64,000 nucleotides of DNA from NCBI GenBank assembly GCA_002633005.1, contig NMRA01000044.1:945097-1009096 (forward strand), read 5' to 3'. Source of the DNA: Phoronis australis (taxonomy: Eukaryota > Animalia > Phoronida). Below the pieces are notes generated by a model, which saw nothing but the letters and a program-made list of their open reading frames with translations, made no database searches and had not been told where the DNA came from. The translations under genes were made by a program, and so were the position numbers. Positions 37,801-49,800 of this stretch are shown here, piece by piece; position 1 is the stretch's first letter, and each line of letters opens with the position of its first letter.

Positions 37801-40800
37801 CTACTACATATAGCTCATTTGAAACAATATTTGTCAATACTTGTGTACCTTACAACTTATAACAACTGGACCATGGGTCGGTTTCACGAAAAGTGACTCA
37901 AGACTTAAGCCAGAAATTTGGTCTTACGTTCTATACAATTTTTGATAAATTATTAGTAAAAAGTAAAATCTCTGAGAATATACGCAATAAATTTAATGCT
38001 AGTTACTGATATGATTTTTGTACATTATCTTCAGACGGTGTTTTGCTCATAAGATTAATTTTTATTGGGAGCGCATGACCGGATATCTGTCCTAAGTATT
38101 ACGTCACTCACGAGACACACCCTAAGCTTGTGCAACGGAGATCGCTCAAAATCCGACCTTGGTGTTTTCTAACAGAGTTTCAAGGCATTAGAAATACTTT
38201 CCTCAGACATATACGTCGGAAATTGATTTTTTTTTTTTTTTTTTTTTTTTTTACCTTATTATGGTCATTCAACAGTGACTTCATTGCTCGTCTTATTTTA
38301 ATCAGTGAGTGACATGTTGGGATAAATGACCCTCTTGGACTCTTTTGGTTGGCTGATATTTGGAACATTTGTCGTACGCAGGGAACATCCTTTTAACCGT
38401 TTTTACCTTGAATTCCAAGTGAACGACTGAACATTATCTTTTCACTGCCGCAAACTGACTAATTCTGTGACACTTTGCTTGTTAAACACACACGTTAAGA
38501 CGAAAAATTCTCCAATACCGAGCTTGTACCAAATTTTATAAATAGGCAGTACCGGCAGTCCCAAAATCAAAAATTGACCTTCTCCAAGTCTGTAATTAAT
38601 GCTGTTCGATACAGGCTACACGTGTTTCAAAGTTTGCGGTATTGTAACACGTTACCAGTCAGAAACAACGCCTGCTCTGCGTATGAGTAATATGCTACCA
38701 CGATTACAACACAAAACAATCGTATAAATCACCCTCCACGGGAATCCAGCAAACTCAACATCCGCTTACTGATCTGTGACTGCTATCGATTGTTTTAACC
38801 CTCTCACGGTCAACCAAATGTCATAGGATGCCGTCATAAAACAGCGACGTTTCCACTGATTCTTAAAACAACCAACTTATCAAACCTGGTGGTGAAAACT
38901 GCCAACTTGGTCTGCACAAAAGTAGAATAGAAAAAAATTAAGAGTGCAATTTAGAATGTAAAGATTAGAGCCCGTACCCCGGTTACACTAGTGTACATCA
39001 ATAGAGTCACTGGACGATGCCCAGTGCTGTATATTCAGGTCACAGCTGTAACTTGCGTGCAACGAAAGTAGTCCCGGCAGACGATCGTGACTTGGTCATC
39101 AAGTAACGCTGAGCCTGTGTCGATGTGCGTCTCGAGTTTTAGTTGAGCGGCGCCAAATTAAGTAGGCTATGTTTTGAAACTGACAACCTTTTTTATGAAC
39201 TTGCCTTATCTTGGTTGGTTGTTGCATTGGTTGGTTGGTTGGTTGATTGTTTGATTGAGATGCTGTGTGTGAATTTGTAAAATCAAAATAAACATGGAAT
39301 TCCGGGTATGTTCAAGCTATCTCAAGATTAAGGAAACTTGCGTTTGCATGAGTTATTGTTAAGAAAAATAGTTAGATGCCGAAAACCGACAGGCACCACT
39401 TGGCTTTGTTCACGTCTGAAAACTTTAAGACCACTACTTTGGCAATAAACCTCGCCTTGCAACAAAAAAACTTTTGATTTTGATTACTTACCGATATGAA
39501 ATGATCTCGGCAATTATTACTTTGTCAAATTGGAGGTCTAGTGCCTCGGAAGTGCTGGCAAGCTCATAGAACCCCAAGTCAGTTCGGTGTTTATAAGCTT
39601 GGTCTAAAGAAATAAGAATTGTCAGTTCATATCGAGCCCAGAGGTCACTTGTAAACTGAGTAAGGAATAATATAAGACCAATTATATTACAGTAAGTGGC
39701 TTAAATTAGAACTTTTTTGACAGAAAACACTGTTTTCATGCCGCATTAAGCTCAAGATTGGTTGAGTGACCCCGGAGTTCCAAATTGCGGACGAGTATTA
39801 ATGGCGGATTTAGAGGGGGCCATAGCCACCCCTAAAATTCGGGCCAGATAACATTTGGCAGTTCGGGGGTGCAAATGTNATCTTGGATCCGCCTCTGCAT
39901 ACGTGTGATTTTAGTTTACCCAATGAAACAAATGTCAACCAGAGAGCGGATAAGGGGTTGTGGATTATTATGAATTGTACAAACTCGAATTAAGAGGTAT
40001 TTTGAATTAAATGAACGGAAGGTGTCACTGGAATCAGTACGCCAGTGAGTATCCATTGGTGCATCAAAGTTTGACAGGGTCGCCTAAACAGTTCCGTTTA
40101 TTGCAAAACATGTGTTGTTCAAGAAATGTGTTGCATATGTGTGTTTTATTAAATGTATACGATAGTGCCATACGGAAACAAGACTATTGTGTCGAATGAG
40201 CGACCTCTTTCGTGCTCTCTGTGTGTATGACTCTATTCGTTTGGCAATTTTAGGGTGTGAAGATTTACGCCATCCAGGCCCGTAACCTTCACAGGGCGGA
40301 CTATTTCTATAAAGCCGTAGCTCATAACACGAATGGATTCCATCTGCGATTGACCAACTTCGACAATATTTTCACTTTCATCATGGCCATCAGCTATCGA
40401 GCTTTCGGACTTGAATATCTGAAGGTATGTTGGCACTTTATTCCCTTGCAATAGATCTAGGGCAATCAGTGAAAATCTACATCTTTTGGTGGAAGTGACA
40501 TTGCCAGCTATTCATGTATACTTTCGACCACTTTCCTGACTTTTTAAAAATTTTGGCAAAAAGGTTTTACTGTACGGAAGACAACATTTATGGTTGTATT
40601 TGTAAATGTTCTCTGTGTTGCTTTACAAGTAGTTGAGGGTATACGAGGTCTGTGTGTTGGACTCTCCGGTAATCAGAGATTATGGGCTCCGCACAGGGTG
40701 TTGCAGTTGTGTGCATGTAATGGTGACTTTGAACAAGGCACTCCTCCAGACTTCAGAGTTGGAAATGAGCACAAGCCATGACTGGGATCATAGTTCATTA

Positions 40801-43800
40801 ACAACTCATTCACAACTCCGGCATTTTCCCATAAAATTTCCACAGGAGGCGCCACTCTCTTCAATAGTACAACTTAGCTTCTGGTTAGTGAGCAGACGAG
40901 GTACTTACCGTTCCCATATACGAGAGATAGTAGGCCTAATATGGATTGTTCGTGCAACACGACTTTTCAATGGTTTACAGAAGGAAGTAAAAGTTGGGAC
41001 ATTCCGATTGGTTTGAAAATAATTAAAGCAGTGTGCTGACGTAGTTCTCAACATCAACCAATCTTGCATGAAAGGTTGAAGGTTATTTTCCACTATTAGT
41101 AAAGCAACACAAAGAACATTAAGTAAAGGTCTTTGCGGTTGCTGCAACCGAAGAATCAAGCTAAAGCAATGCATTCTACACTAGTTCGTGGTTTTGGTAC
41201 GGAAAAGATAGAAAAGGCGTCAAACAAAGCAACAAATCGCTAAACTTTCCCGCTTTTTCCCTTACCATCAAATATAGGACAAGCGTCCAAACCGTTCGTA
41301 CCTTTCGTAGCACTGTGAAAGAGTGCAGTCGCGGACAATAGTGTGAGCTTATAATCTTTTGCATCGAAAATACTGCAGAGCTCATGGTCCATGTACTGTG
41401 CTACAATGGACTAGCGCACAGCCCTAAGCCGAGTTTAAAGGCTCACATTCGCAGTCACTCTAGAAAAACTGGAGTTAGCAACCAGCCCAAAGAACCTGGT
41501 AGGTTGTGAAGGGTTTACGTTTCTCAGCAGCGTTGTACATTTTTTATTTTAGTACGTGCACTTGATTTGAAAATTAATTTTGTCAACGTAGCTTTTCGAA
41601 GAGGAAGTGACATATAGACACAAGACGAGAGGTGAAATTATGGACTCGAAATTAAAAAGATTGTTCCGTACACTGAAAAGGTCGCAGGAGTTTTCCGACA
41701 GACGAACCACGATCACCCCGACTCGGCGTTACAGACCAACCACTCCGACTACCGTTCCCACGACAACAGAATCTTACCAAGGAACACAGGTATGCAGGCA
41801 GAACAGATGTAGATTGGCGGTACAGATAGTCACGTTGGCCAATGTTGGAGTCATATTTCTCTTTCATAAGAGAGTCCGTGCAAGGAATCTTGATTTTGCT
41901 TACCATAGCACCCAACGCATGCTTCCAGTGATGGTGTTGGTAACGACTTGAAACATAAACAGTTGGAAATTGTACTGTTGCGTGTTTCCAGTGCAGGACC
42001 TACTCAAAGTCTCCATTGAATGTTTCAGGTCAAAGTTCAGGCTCTGCGCATTCGCTCCGACATTGCTTTCAGGTACGCGACGACAATGGTCGAAAGTGTG
42101 CTGAAAAATGTGCTACCCACTGCACAGGAAGTAACATTCAAAGTGAGGCTGCCAGATCCCGCTTTTATTTCAAACTTCTCCATGTAAGTCTATACGACAC
42201 TCATTATCATGAGCAGTGAGCACATTGGTGGATTTTGAAAGGATTCACAGCTTTTTGTGGTACACAAGGTGAATTTAATGGATGACGAATGAACGTTCTA
42301 CGCCACTATTTGATAAGAATTAATGAAGTTGCTGAGAACAAATATGTGATTCCAAGAATCTTTGAATGAAACACTTTGTTACGAGTCGAATCTTTTTCAA
42401 TACCTTATTTAACATATATTCTTACAACGACAAATCGAGACTGACAGCATATTAGGGAACTGCAAAGTGCATCCTACATTTGGCTTGCACCTTTCCACAT
42501 GAGATTTATCTCTTAGAACAATTGATGGGAAAACGTATCCACGCCACAATTTAATATGAATTAATGAAGTTGCTTAGAACAAATATGTGATTCCAAGAAT
42601 CTGTGAAAGAAATACTTTGTTAGGAGTCGACTCTTTTTCAATACCTTATAAAACCTATATTCTTACAACGACAAATCGAGACTGATAGCATATTAGGCTA
42701 CTGCAAAGTGTGTCCTACATTTGGCTTGCACCTTTCCAAATGAGATTTATCGCTTAGGACAATTGACGGGAAAACGTATCACGCCGAAGTAAAAGAGAAA
42801 GAGAAAGCAAAACGGGAATACAACAAGGCAAAGTCTGAAGGAAAGACCACGGGCCACGTAGAGCAAACGTGAGTCCTGCTGAGACATATTTTCTTGCGAA
42901 GCAAGTTTGTGTTTTGCAGTCTAATCGATGTCATTTAACTGAGCATTTCAATAAGTTAAATCATCACTAATTTTGAGAATTGGCAATCAAAAATTTCCCG
43001 ATTAGAGATTGATCATGCTCTAGTTTAAATACTTTCTCCGGGTTTGTTTTGACGATTAATGCGTGATCGTGGATCGTAGACTAATGTTGTATTTTCATTT
43101 TTTCACCAAATGAGACGGGCTTTCCTGGAGAACATCAACTTTATGTTGAATTGTTTAGTTGTTTGCAATCGTGACGCTTATTAATACATAGTATGTGTTG
43201 TTTCAGGGAAAGAGAAGTGAACAATTTCAAAGTGTCGGTAAACGTAGGAGGCAATGATAGCGTACAATTCAATTTGATGTACCAGGAGTTGCTAGAGCGT
43301 AGACTGGGCATGTATGAGCACAGGGTATATGTAGATGCCGGACAGATTGTACCCGAATTTACTATAGACGTTTACATCAAAGAGTCTCGTGATTTATCGT
43401 ACGTTCGCGTGCCGCCTATCCAAAGCGAGAACACCAACGTAATCTCAGTCACTCAAGGTATTTATGTCACTTGATAACGACAGCCACTGATTTCCCCTGA
43501 TCAGACGTGTAGAGAGCCGAAATTTAGTAACGATAGCCAATGACTTTCTCCTGTTCAGAGAGTGCCAGAACTATATTGCATTGTACAACTTGATTGTGTG
43601 AGGCCTTAAGTAATGAAATTCCAGATAATTCTCAAATCCGCTCAATTCTTTAACCCAATCTCTTTCGTATTTGGTCGAATGCCTGTTGGTGCTGTATATT
43701 GTTTTTCACCGTATGATGCGGTCACCATGCCCCGTGGGTCGTAGTTTTGGATATTTACTTAGTTTAGGAACGGCATGGCATCAATTTAAAACCTTCGGCC

Positions 43801-46800
43801 TTGACAATTGACATCCTTGCAGGCGATGGGCGTTTTTGTATACATCTTTTGGAAACTCACACAAGTTACGTAGTAAAGTTCGTTCGTGTGAGTGGAAAAC
43901 GCGCATTTCGCCTAACGTTCAATAGAGCGCCCACAAGTAGGGCATTGAAACAATGGTGCTGTCTAAAACTGAAACTACGGCATAATCTGTCCACATCTAT
44001 CCAGTTAGAACACCAACGAGCGACCAGAAGATTTTTATCAATGCCTGATGGTCGTTGTGGCGGTCAGTCTATTGGGGAAAGATACGCACTATAATCACAT
44101 GACGACGAAATCGGCCTAGTACAAGGAATGACATTAACACTAAAGAATTTTGTGGTGCGTAATTGGCTGCGATTAACCCATTAGAACTAATCTAGTCTTG
44201 CTATGGGACTGAGCTCAGGACACGCACATTTTCTAGTATTAGACTTGTGCCGATGATGCAGGCGTATGATCGAACCACATGACAGCTCCATCCGTTGTGT
44301 TCATTGTTGGTCCAACCTTGATTTTAAGTGAGAAGCGTTCCTTGCTAGTCACCTATGTGGTACCAAACATAGTAAAGCGACCAATTTTCGCTAGAATTAC
44401 TACTTCTGTAGAATTTTCATCATTTCACCGTTCGAGCAGATCAACTCTGAAGAAGTCTGCGATGCGCCACCCATTGACCAAGCTCCATGTCCGAAGCGTG
44501 AAGTGGTAGACTCTAGTCATTCTGACTACGTTCAACTTGGGGCAAAACAGTACCCGCCGAAATCCGATTCCGCCATGTGTTATTCAGTTACCACACCGTG
44601 AAGGTGCGGGGAACCTCAGCACTCCAGAAGTCGGTTAGTTAACTTCAACAACTGCTCGACGCCGTGTGTGGCCGCAGCGTTTTTAAGCCACTTGGATATC
44701 GGTGTTTCAGTGGAGAACACTGTAATGTACATCCTTGTTTAAATGCCCAAAGGTGGCGTCGACTTCACGCAATTCACAGTCGAAGCCATGGCCATTGTTC
44801 ATACCGCATGTCGATCACTCTTTTAGTGAAAAGTCAAATGCTCCTTCCGGCCGCTTTACGTCTATCTCAGGCAAGGTTTTGGTGGGTGACAGTGCGTGCT
44901 TATGTTTTGACTGGTCGATATTACGTTGTTTTGAACAAATTGGCGGGCAGGTGTTCCGTCATTGCACAGAACTGATTCTGATATTCTCTTCCAAAGGATC
45001 AGTTGACTCCAGAAATTCAGAAGTAAAGTGATGAATTGTGTCCATCTATTGTTACTTTAAGTTTCAAGAGATATAACGTGTTGTATAAACAAGTTACAAA
45101 CCATTACGAAAACATGGCAAGGGCATCTCCTATATTTTGTTAGAAAATCCCATGGCAACCGTCGATCGAACATCGCCAAACACCGCCCACATCCGTTTTC
45201 ATCCAACCACGGAAGACCAGGCGAGAGCTTCGTCAAATGGAATGCAGGGACAATTTGTAGTTCAGTACGATGTAGACCGACAGCCCGGTATAGGTGAAAT
45301 ACAAGTACGTAAGTCTGATAACCTAACTAGAAAATTCGTAAATACCATCCACACCTGCGCGGCAGCTAGCGGCCAGTCTTTATTTTAATTGGTACCCAAA
45401 GATGTCCTGTTGGGTCAAATACATGGACTTGTGGTCACCAATAACAGTTTAATTTCACAATGCATTTTCAGTGCATGGCACTTCAAACTATAGCGTTTAT
45501 CTCTGGCATTGCATAAGTGCTGAAATCAGGGCATTTCATTAAATTTTAGGTAGTTGACGGATATTTTGTTCACTACTTCGCCCCACCCGATCTGATGCCG
45601 ACTGACAAGAACGTCATGTTTGTTCTGGACACCAGTGGCTCCATGCACGGTGACAAACTTCAACAGCTGAAGGACGCGATGTTGACCATTCTGAATGACC
45701 TTCGGCCGAACGACTACTTCAATATCATTACTTTCTCGAGTTTTCTTCGCTACTGGAACAAGGTAGAGATGGTGCCGGCAACCCCAAAGAATGTTAAAGA
45801 AGCCGAGAAGTTTGTCAGAAAGTTTTTAGCCGTTGGAGGTAAGAATTGATCCTAACGAAGCAGCAAATTGATTATTTCTCATTTCTGCAACAGCAGTGTA
45901 GCTGGGTGTCGTTTGGAAAATGAGAAGTTGTACGGGAATGTTTATTATTCAATGTCATGGAAATGTCGCACGCACATACAAGGTAGTATTTCTATTTGAC
46001 CATTCCAATGAATCTACAGAAAAGAAAGTCGGTATAACAATATTAGCTAGTGAGGGCATGCACGTACAATTACAACTAAATTCGAGAAATACACAAATTG
46101 CAAAACATGATACCTTAGTCCCGTCTGTACAGTACGACACCTTATCCCAAAGTGATCTGCTCATTAAGTGCCTGTTGAAAGTAGACTACGCACGACAGAA
46201 CAATAAGCCTCTTCAATTATACGTACACATATGCAAATAAGGTATAGAATACCGCGCACATCGAAATACACGACAATGCCGCAGCACTTGTAGAAGCAGA
46301 GCAGAGAAATTTCAAGAAACGCATAGCAGCTATTTTCCGTTTTGTGTAAGATGTAATTTCGATTCATTCTGAGAATATTTAAGACTATAGTTATTTTTAC
46401 TTTCCTCTTTTTGTACGTCATCTTTAACTGTATCCACAGTTAATTCTAGTGTGACATTTTGCAGGTACTAATATCAACGATGCTGCGTTACGCGGCATGA
46501 AGTTCTTGGAAAACCACGTTAACAAGAGTAACTCACGAATACCGTCCATGTTGTTCTTTCTTACCGACGGGACACCTACCGATGGTGAGACGAACAAAGA
46601 AAAGATTCTGGAAAATATCCGTAACAAGAACGGCGGCAACTTCTCGGTATTCACCTTAGGGTTTGGAAATGGAGTCGACTTCAAACTGCTCCGACAGATG
46701 GCTCTGCAAAATAAAGGATTCGCTAGAAAGATATTTGCCGACGCCGACGCTGCGCTTCAACTGCAGGGCTTCTACGATGAAGTCAAGTCGCCGCTATTGA

Positions 46801-49800
46801 ATAATATTGTATTTAAGTAGGTACAGCTGTGACGTCATTAAATTTGTTCAGTAAAGATTGTCTGGTATGCAGGCATGACTGCCAATCATCATCGACTATT
46901 TTGTAATACCTTTCTGTGCAGGAAACGTAGTTGTTAGGGAATTTTTGATGATGGGTCGGATTAGTAAGCAATTGCGCTATCTCCAAAAATTCTTAAGCCG
47001 GAGCTCGGGGTCTAACCTTTTTGCTTGAAATCGAACTCGAAAAACATTTTTCACGTTTTCCGTTTTCCAGTTTAAGGATTTCCATTTCCATTTTTTTTTA
47101 AATACAATCTCTTGATCATTGCCTATTATTATGTTCTGGAGTATGGTAGTGTTTACTTGATGACCCTAAGATTCGAGATGCAAACTCGAGGAGAAACTAG
47201 AGATTTTGAGCGAAAAAGCGAGAGCCCAAGTTCAGACTCGAACTTACAACTTTAATGCAGGGGTCATCAAGTGGAAAATAGGATTACACAATCAAAAATG
47301 TAAACCATAACATACGCGAGCACACAAGTATAGACAATTATTTGATTTGGTATTCAAGTAGAACAAAAAATGACAAAAAAACCTTTTCGAGTGCAAAGAA
47401 TAGATCCCAGGCACCGGTCTAACCTAGTGATTGAAAACATCAAGGTGTAGAATTTTCCGTTACCTTTACTTTTTTGACATTATTTTCCCGATAAGTTACG
47501 TCGGTGTGGACGTTAATGAGTCGGTCACCACAGAGACTACATTCAGCAACTACTTCAATGGATCAGAAATCATCGTCAGTGGCTTTCTACCCTCTTGGAA
47601 ATCAGGAGCAAACCTGGTGGCGCAGGTTTCAGGTACGTAGGGGAAGCTTGTTTTTGTCAGGACCTAGATTTACAAGGCCAAATTACGAGAAAACGGGTTT
47701 TTAGAGAAGTCACAGACACGTCTTTCAGTCCAAGGAGCAAATATTTGATTTAGATTGCTTGGCCTGAACTTGTTCCTCACATAGATAAGGAGTGCTTTTG
47801 AATATTGCAGCTCAGTCAAATTTTGGGAGCCTGGTGTTTGAGGGCGAGACAAATCTCTTACCCGAAGAACCAACGTCATCGCCGCCATCTACCGACACAG
47901 TAGGCAAGTTCACGGAAAATTTATGGGCCTATTTAACTATAAAGAAGTTGCTGGACCGAGAGCTGAAATTGCAAGATGCTGACGAGAAGACCAAATTGAA
48001 AGAGCGTGCTCTTCAGCTGTCTCTGAAGGTGTGTTGATAACGAATTCAAATAAATAAAAGTGTTTAAAGGAAAATTCGTCGGAAACTGTCCCCCGCACTG
48101 CGGTGGGCTCAGCTTCTGTTGGATCTCTATTGAACCTCCTCGCCCGAAACGTATTTGAAAAATCCCGCAAAAACATCCGGCACAAATTTTAAGGACGCTG
48201 ATAGATTGATTGGTGTTCTTAGGAATTACAATTGGCGCCCCTTAAAATATTTTTTGTTTAGCCACCCATTATATACACTATCGGAGAATCCTCGCCTCTG
48301 GATACGTTACCTTAAATCGTCTCTCTAGGCATAGGCGGATTTAGGGGGGGGCCNTATTTTTGTTTAGCCACCCATTATATACACTATCGGAGAATCCTCG
48401 CCTCTGGGTACGTTACCTTAAATCGTCTCTCTAGGTATCCCCTCTCCCCCCTCCTTGAATGAATAGCCAGACTTTCGATCTAATGGCTACGTTTTCACCA
48501 ACTGTTCCTACAAACCTGGACAAGAATTATGACATCTGTGTTTGAATGTTTCAGTACCACTTCGTCACGCCACTCACGTCTTTACTTGTGATTAAACCTG
48601 ACGATGATTCAACTGAAGCTGCAACGACAGCGCCATCTGTAGCCGCAGCTACGACCTCAGGTCCTCGCGATCTCCTTAACACTAGACCACGTAAAAGTAA
48701 GCAAGATATTCAACGATTGTAATTAGTATTATTTTATCATTATTATTGTTATTAATTATTGTTATTGTTATTATGAATTGTACTATCTTGCTATTGCAGG
48801 AGTTAATAATGACCGTGGCATCGGTTTCGTACGTGGCCCATCTCCAGCCAGGGGAGCGGGTAAGTGCGAACTTTGTAGAACTTTATGAAATAACTTTATA
48901 ACATATACCTGTAACAATTTGATTTCATTGAATAAATGGATTTTGTTAAATTTACTTTGATTTGAAGTAAGTTTTTTATTTCTGTTTTATTTATTCTTTG
49001 TGGTCAATGAAATTTATTTAAACTTTGGATAACGTTTGTGTCGGATGTATAGCGGAGAATTTGAAGCAATAGGTCCGGATCTCATCCAAGAGGGCTCGTA
49101 ATGTGTTTTAGAAAATGGAATAGGATGACATTTGATTAAAACACCTGCGGGTTCTCTCCAAGCATATTCTCACGAAACTCCCAAAGAGTGCCAATTGGCC
49201 TCATCATTGGGACCCCTCTCCGAAAGAAGGTCCTATAACATGAAATTATATACCATTAAAAATTAGGAAATGAGCGACAATTTATGCAACCGTGTCAATC
49301 GAGTGTCCCTTTCATGTATAAAACATCTTTTTAACTCAACTCCCCGTTAGAAGTGTGACGTGGGTATATTCGAAAGGGGTTTCGGAGAGAGCACATAAGA
49401 GTGAAATATCTATTTCCCAATAGGCATGGTTTTGCGTCCACAAAACGCCCCCAGAGGAGTTCTTCCGCCAAACAAAGTGTTATGCTCTTTCGGAAGCGTG
49501 TACTTTTACTTAATACAGAATTCTTGTTCAGCGCTGGTCTTTAATTTAAAAGTGCTTTAAAAGGTAGTAAGTGACTACACTTGATATTAGATAATTAAAC
49601 TCATTGATGGGGGCGTCGGAGGAGTGATTTGTTTCAACCAAGCAACCGTTTAATGGACAAGTATTAGTGTGTAAATCCGAATCAAATAACATTTTGATCG
49701 ATTCGCAATAAGTCATTGGCAATTCAAAGTGGTTGGTCTAGTTTTCGGGCTTTTTTCTCCAAGTTAAAACGGTTCCATGTACAGTGTGCTGTAACGGGGA

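Noticed and set aside
40633-41016. 127-aa intronic ORF in the ITIH-like gene
   Set aside because: No domain similarity, and exons 4 and 5 splice in frame without it.
49051-49098. Possible extra ITIH linker exon (tag|CGGAGAATTTG...GCTC|gtaatg)
   Set aside because: It has a stop in the required phase-1 frame and is only open as phase 2-2, which does not fit its neighbours.
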